NCBI GenBank assembly: GCA_964559225.1
Contig: CAZLGA010000005.1
Span: 185-64,184, forward strand
Reading direction: 5' to 3'
DNA from: an uncultured bacterium
Lineage (GTDB): Bacteria; Hydrothermota; Tepidihabitantia; SM23-42; JAOAFX01
Length of the DNA stretch: 64,000 nt
The notes beneath the pieces were generated by a model that was not told where the DNA came from, did no database searches, and saw only the letters and a program-made list of their open reading frames with translations. Made by a program: the position numbers and the translations under genes. Positions within the stretch are counted from its first letter, which is position 1. Each line of letters starts with the position of its first letter. Positions 62,621 through 64,000 of the stretch are shown piece after piece.

Positions 62621-63966
62621 CGAATCAAAATTACCCTGCGAACTATCGTTATATCATCTTTTGTAAAGCCAACAAAATATACACCTGCAGGCAAAGAATT
62701 ACCTGCGTCATCGGTTCCATCCCATATCACATTTTTATTATCAATAGTCAAATGCCGAACAACCTGTCCAAGAGGATTGTATACTTTTATCTTCTGTATA
62801 TTTTTATTTTGATTTTGAATTACAAACCGGCTTCCTATTGAAGGTGAAAGTAAAATATTATCATCTGCGATTTCCTTCTGTTCCTTGACTCCCACAATAT
62901 GAATCGGGACCGCAAGCTTGGCTAATACTGCAACCCCGGTCTTTATCACCTGGGTGGCAAATGGCAGATGGTTCACACCACAGTTAGTATAGAGATGCGG
63001 ACCAACTGTATCCCCTGTAGTATGATATGCTGGTGTCAATGAGCGCTCAATCCCGAGCATCGCCTTATATCCCCTTCTCCAAAAACTCGCATGGTCAGAA
63101 GCACCACTGGTCCCGGTATTTCGGACCATTCTTATCTTCAACTGGGTATAGGTATCTGCAACTGCCTTGAAAAATTGAGTTACAAATACACTGCAGTTCG
63201 GCACTGCTGTCGTATAGTGGGCATTCATCGTATCGCGGTTAGGATTTGACGGTGTCACATAGCCAATCATATCAAAATTCAGCACCCCAAGGATTGTATC
63301 TCCATTACGATAAGCACGGGCCGCAAAAGAATCACTTCCTATCAATCCCTGTTCTTCAGCATTAAATGCTACAAAATAGATCGTATGCTCAAACATAAAA
63401 TTCCTCATTACCCTTGCTGCTTCTAATACTGCTGCAGTACCCGAAGCATTATCATCAGCACCTGGAGCATAACCACTGCTTGGCACATCATCCAGATGCC
63501 CACCAATCAAGCAGTATTTTTTGAGACTTGGATATACTTTACCTCGTTCTATTCCAACTACATTTGGACCATAAGTATTTGAAAAACTTTGAAAATAAAC
63601 GGAGTCGCAACCATATGCCAGAAGTCTATTTCTTATATAATTAACTGCCACTACCCTGTTCGAATCGTGGGTTGCATAACGTGTGTACATTCTCTGTAGA
63701 CGCAGGATTGAAGCCTGAATACTATCCTGTGAAACTGCGGCTACCATCTTCTGGATGAGCGTATCTGGGGCGAATGACCTAATCTGCTGTGGATAAAGCT
63801 CTTCATCCACAAACCTGACCGGGTCAAAAGTCAGCCTTTTCAGTTCAACCTTTAATTTGTTTAATTCAAAGATATTATCTTCAGTGGTACGGAGTAATAA
63901 ACAATCTTCATACTGGTCAATAATATCCCCATATTGTGCCACCACAGAAGGGTCTACGGACCCCAA
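62617..63966 (-). CDS. M28 family aminopeptidase with T9SS C-terminal sorting domain
   Basis: M28 zinc ligands in HLDD...ADDNASG and FNAEEQGLIGS. The C-terminus VYNPLGQVV...GVYFVGF matches the Por tail. The 5' end may extend beyond the window. Confidence 0.75.
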   Translation of the reverse strand: MGSVDPSVVAQYGDIIDQYEDCLLLRTTEDNIFELNKLKVELKRLTFDPVRFVDEELYPQQIRSFAPDTLIQKMVAAVSQDSIQASILRLQRMYTRYATHDSNRVVAVNYIRNRLLAYGCDSVYFQSFSNTYGPNVVGIERGKVYPSLKKYCLIGGHLDDVPSSGYAPGADDNASGTAAVLEAARVMRNFMFEHTIYFVAFNAEEQGLIGSDSFAARAYRNGDTILGVLNFDMIGYVTPSNPNRDTMNAHYTTAVPNCSVFVTQFFKAVADTYTQLKIRMVRNTGTSGASDHASFWRRGYKAMLGIERSLTPAYHTTGDTVGPHLYTNCGVNHLPFATQVIKTGVAVLAKLAVPIHIVGVKEQKEIADDNILLSPSIGSRFVIQNQNKNIQKIKVYNPLGQVVRHLTIDNKNVIWDGTDDAGNSLPAGVYFVGFTKDDITIVRRVILIR

Positions 63967-64000
63967 ATAGACAATCTGATAGTATTTGTCTCTTGGATTC

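Overview
This 64 kb window is low-GC bacterial chromosome, densely coded and mostly housekeeping. It most likely comes from an uncultivated anaerobe of the FCB/Bacteroidota-related superphylum. The evidence for that placement is three secreted hydrolases ending in T9SS (Por) C-terminal sorting domains, plus rubrerythrin, rubredoxin and heterodisulfide-reductase-like genes.

Recognisable gene content:
- A DUF3467 protein, a CCA-adding enzyme/poly(A) polymerase family gene, a site-2 protease, an AsmA-like protein and fpg.
- valS, ligA, deoC, a GHL10-like lipoprotein and mutL.
- sucC-sucD-rubrerythrin, followed by rlmN and lepB.
- An S8 peptidase with a T9SS tail.
- hisS, a VanZ-like protein, rubredoxin, a DeoD-type nucleoside phosphorylase, an M23 peptidase, a class I methyltransferase and a DUF151 nuclease.
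- rplI-rpsR-ssb-rpsF.
- An hdrB/hdrC-like pair with a geranylgeranyl-reductase-family flavoprotein.
- tsaD.
- The distal spc/alpha ribosomal operon: rpsH-rplF-rplR-rpsE-rpmD-rplO-secY-adk-map-infA-rpmJ-rpsM-rpsK-rpsD-rpoA-rplQ.
- DUF2905 and FmdB small proteins, groES-groEL, tRNA-Val and tRNA-Met(CAT).
- A RecJ-like DHH phosphoesterase coupled to an MglA-like GTPase.
- ribBA-ribH-nusB, a metallophosphoesterase and grpE-dnaK-dnaJ-rsmE.
- cysE and a second class I methyltransferase.
- A clan GH-A hydrolase and an M28 peptidase, both with T9SS tails.

Features not explained by the ORF track:
- A ~300 bp composite repeat element present twice (about 15.56-15.83 kb and 20.57-20.92 kb). Each copy carries a 7-bp inverted repeat followed by 5-8 degenerate 23-bp tandem repeats with the core GTTCGGAATGACA.
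- A promoter-driven ~90 nt hairpin sRNA candidate at 46.44 kb whose apical loop is CUCCCUCC, complementary to Shine-Dalgarno sequences.
- A perfect 10-bp palindrome, GATTTAAATC, sitting 6 nt upstream of the -35 box in two strong promoters.
- Several apparently leaderless genes (valS, ribBA, the GGR-family gene).
- An rpmJ gene (TTG start) absent from the ORF track.
- A lysine-rich C-terminal tail of about 75 aa on L17.
- A DUF151 nuclease gene with no canonical start codon.
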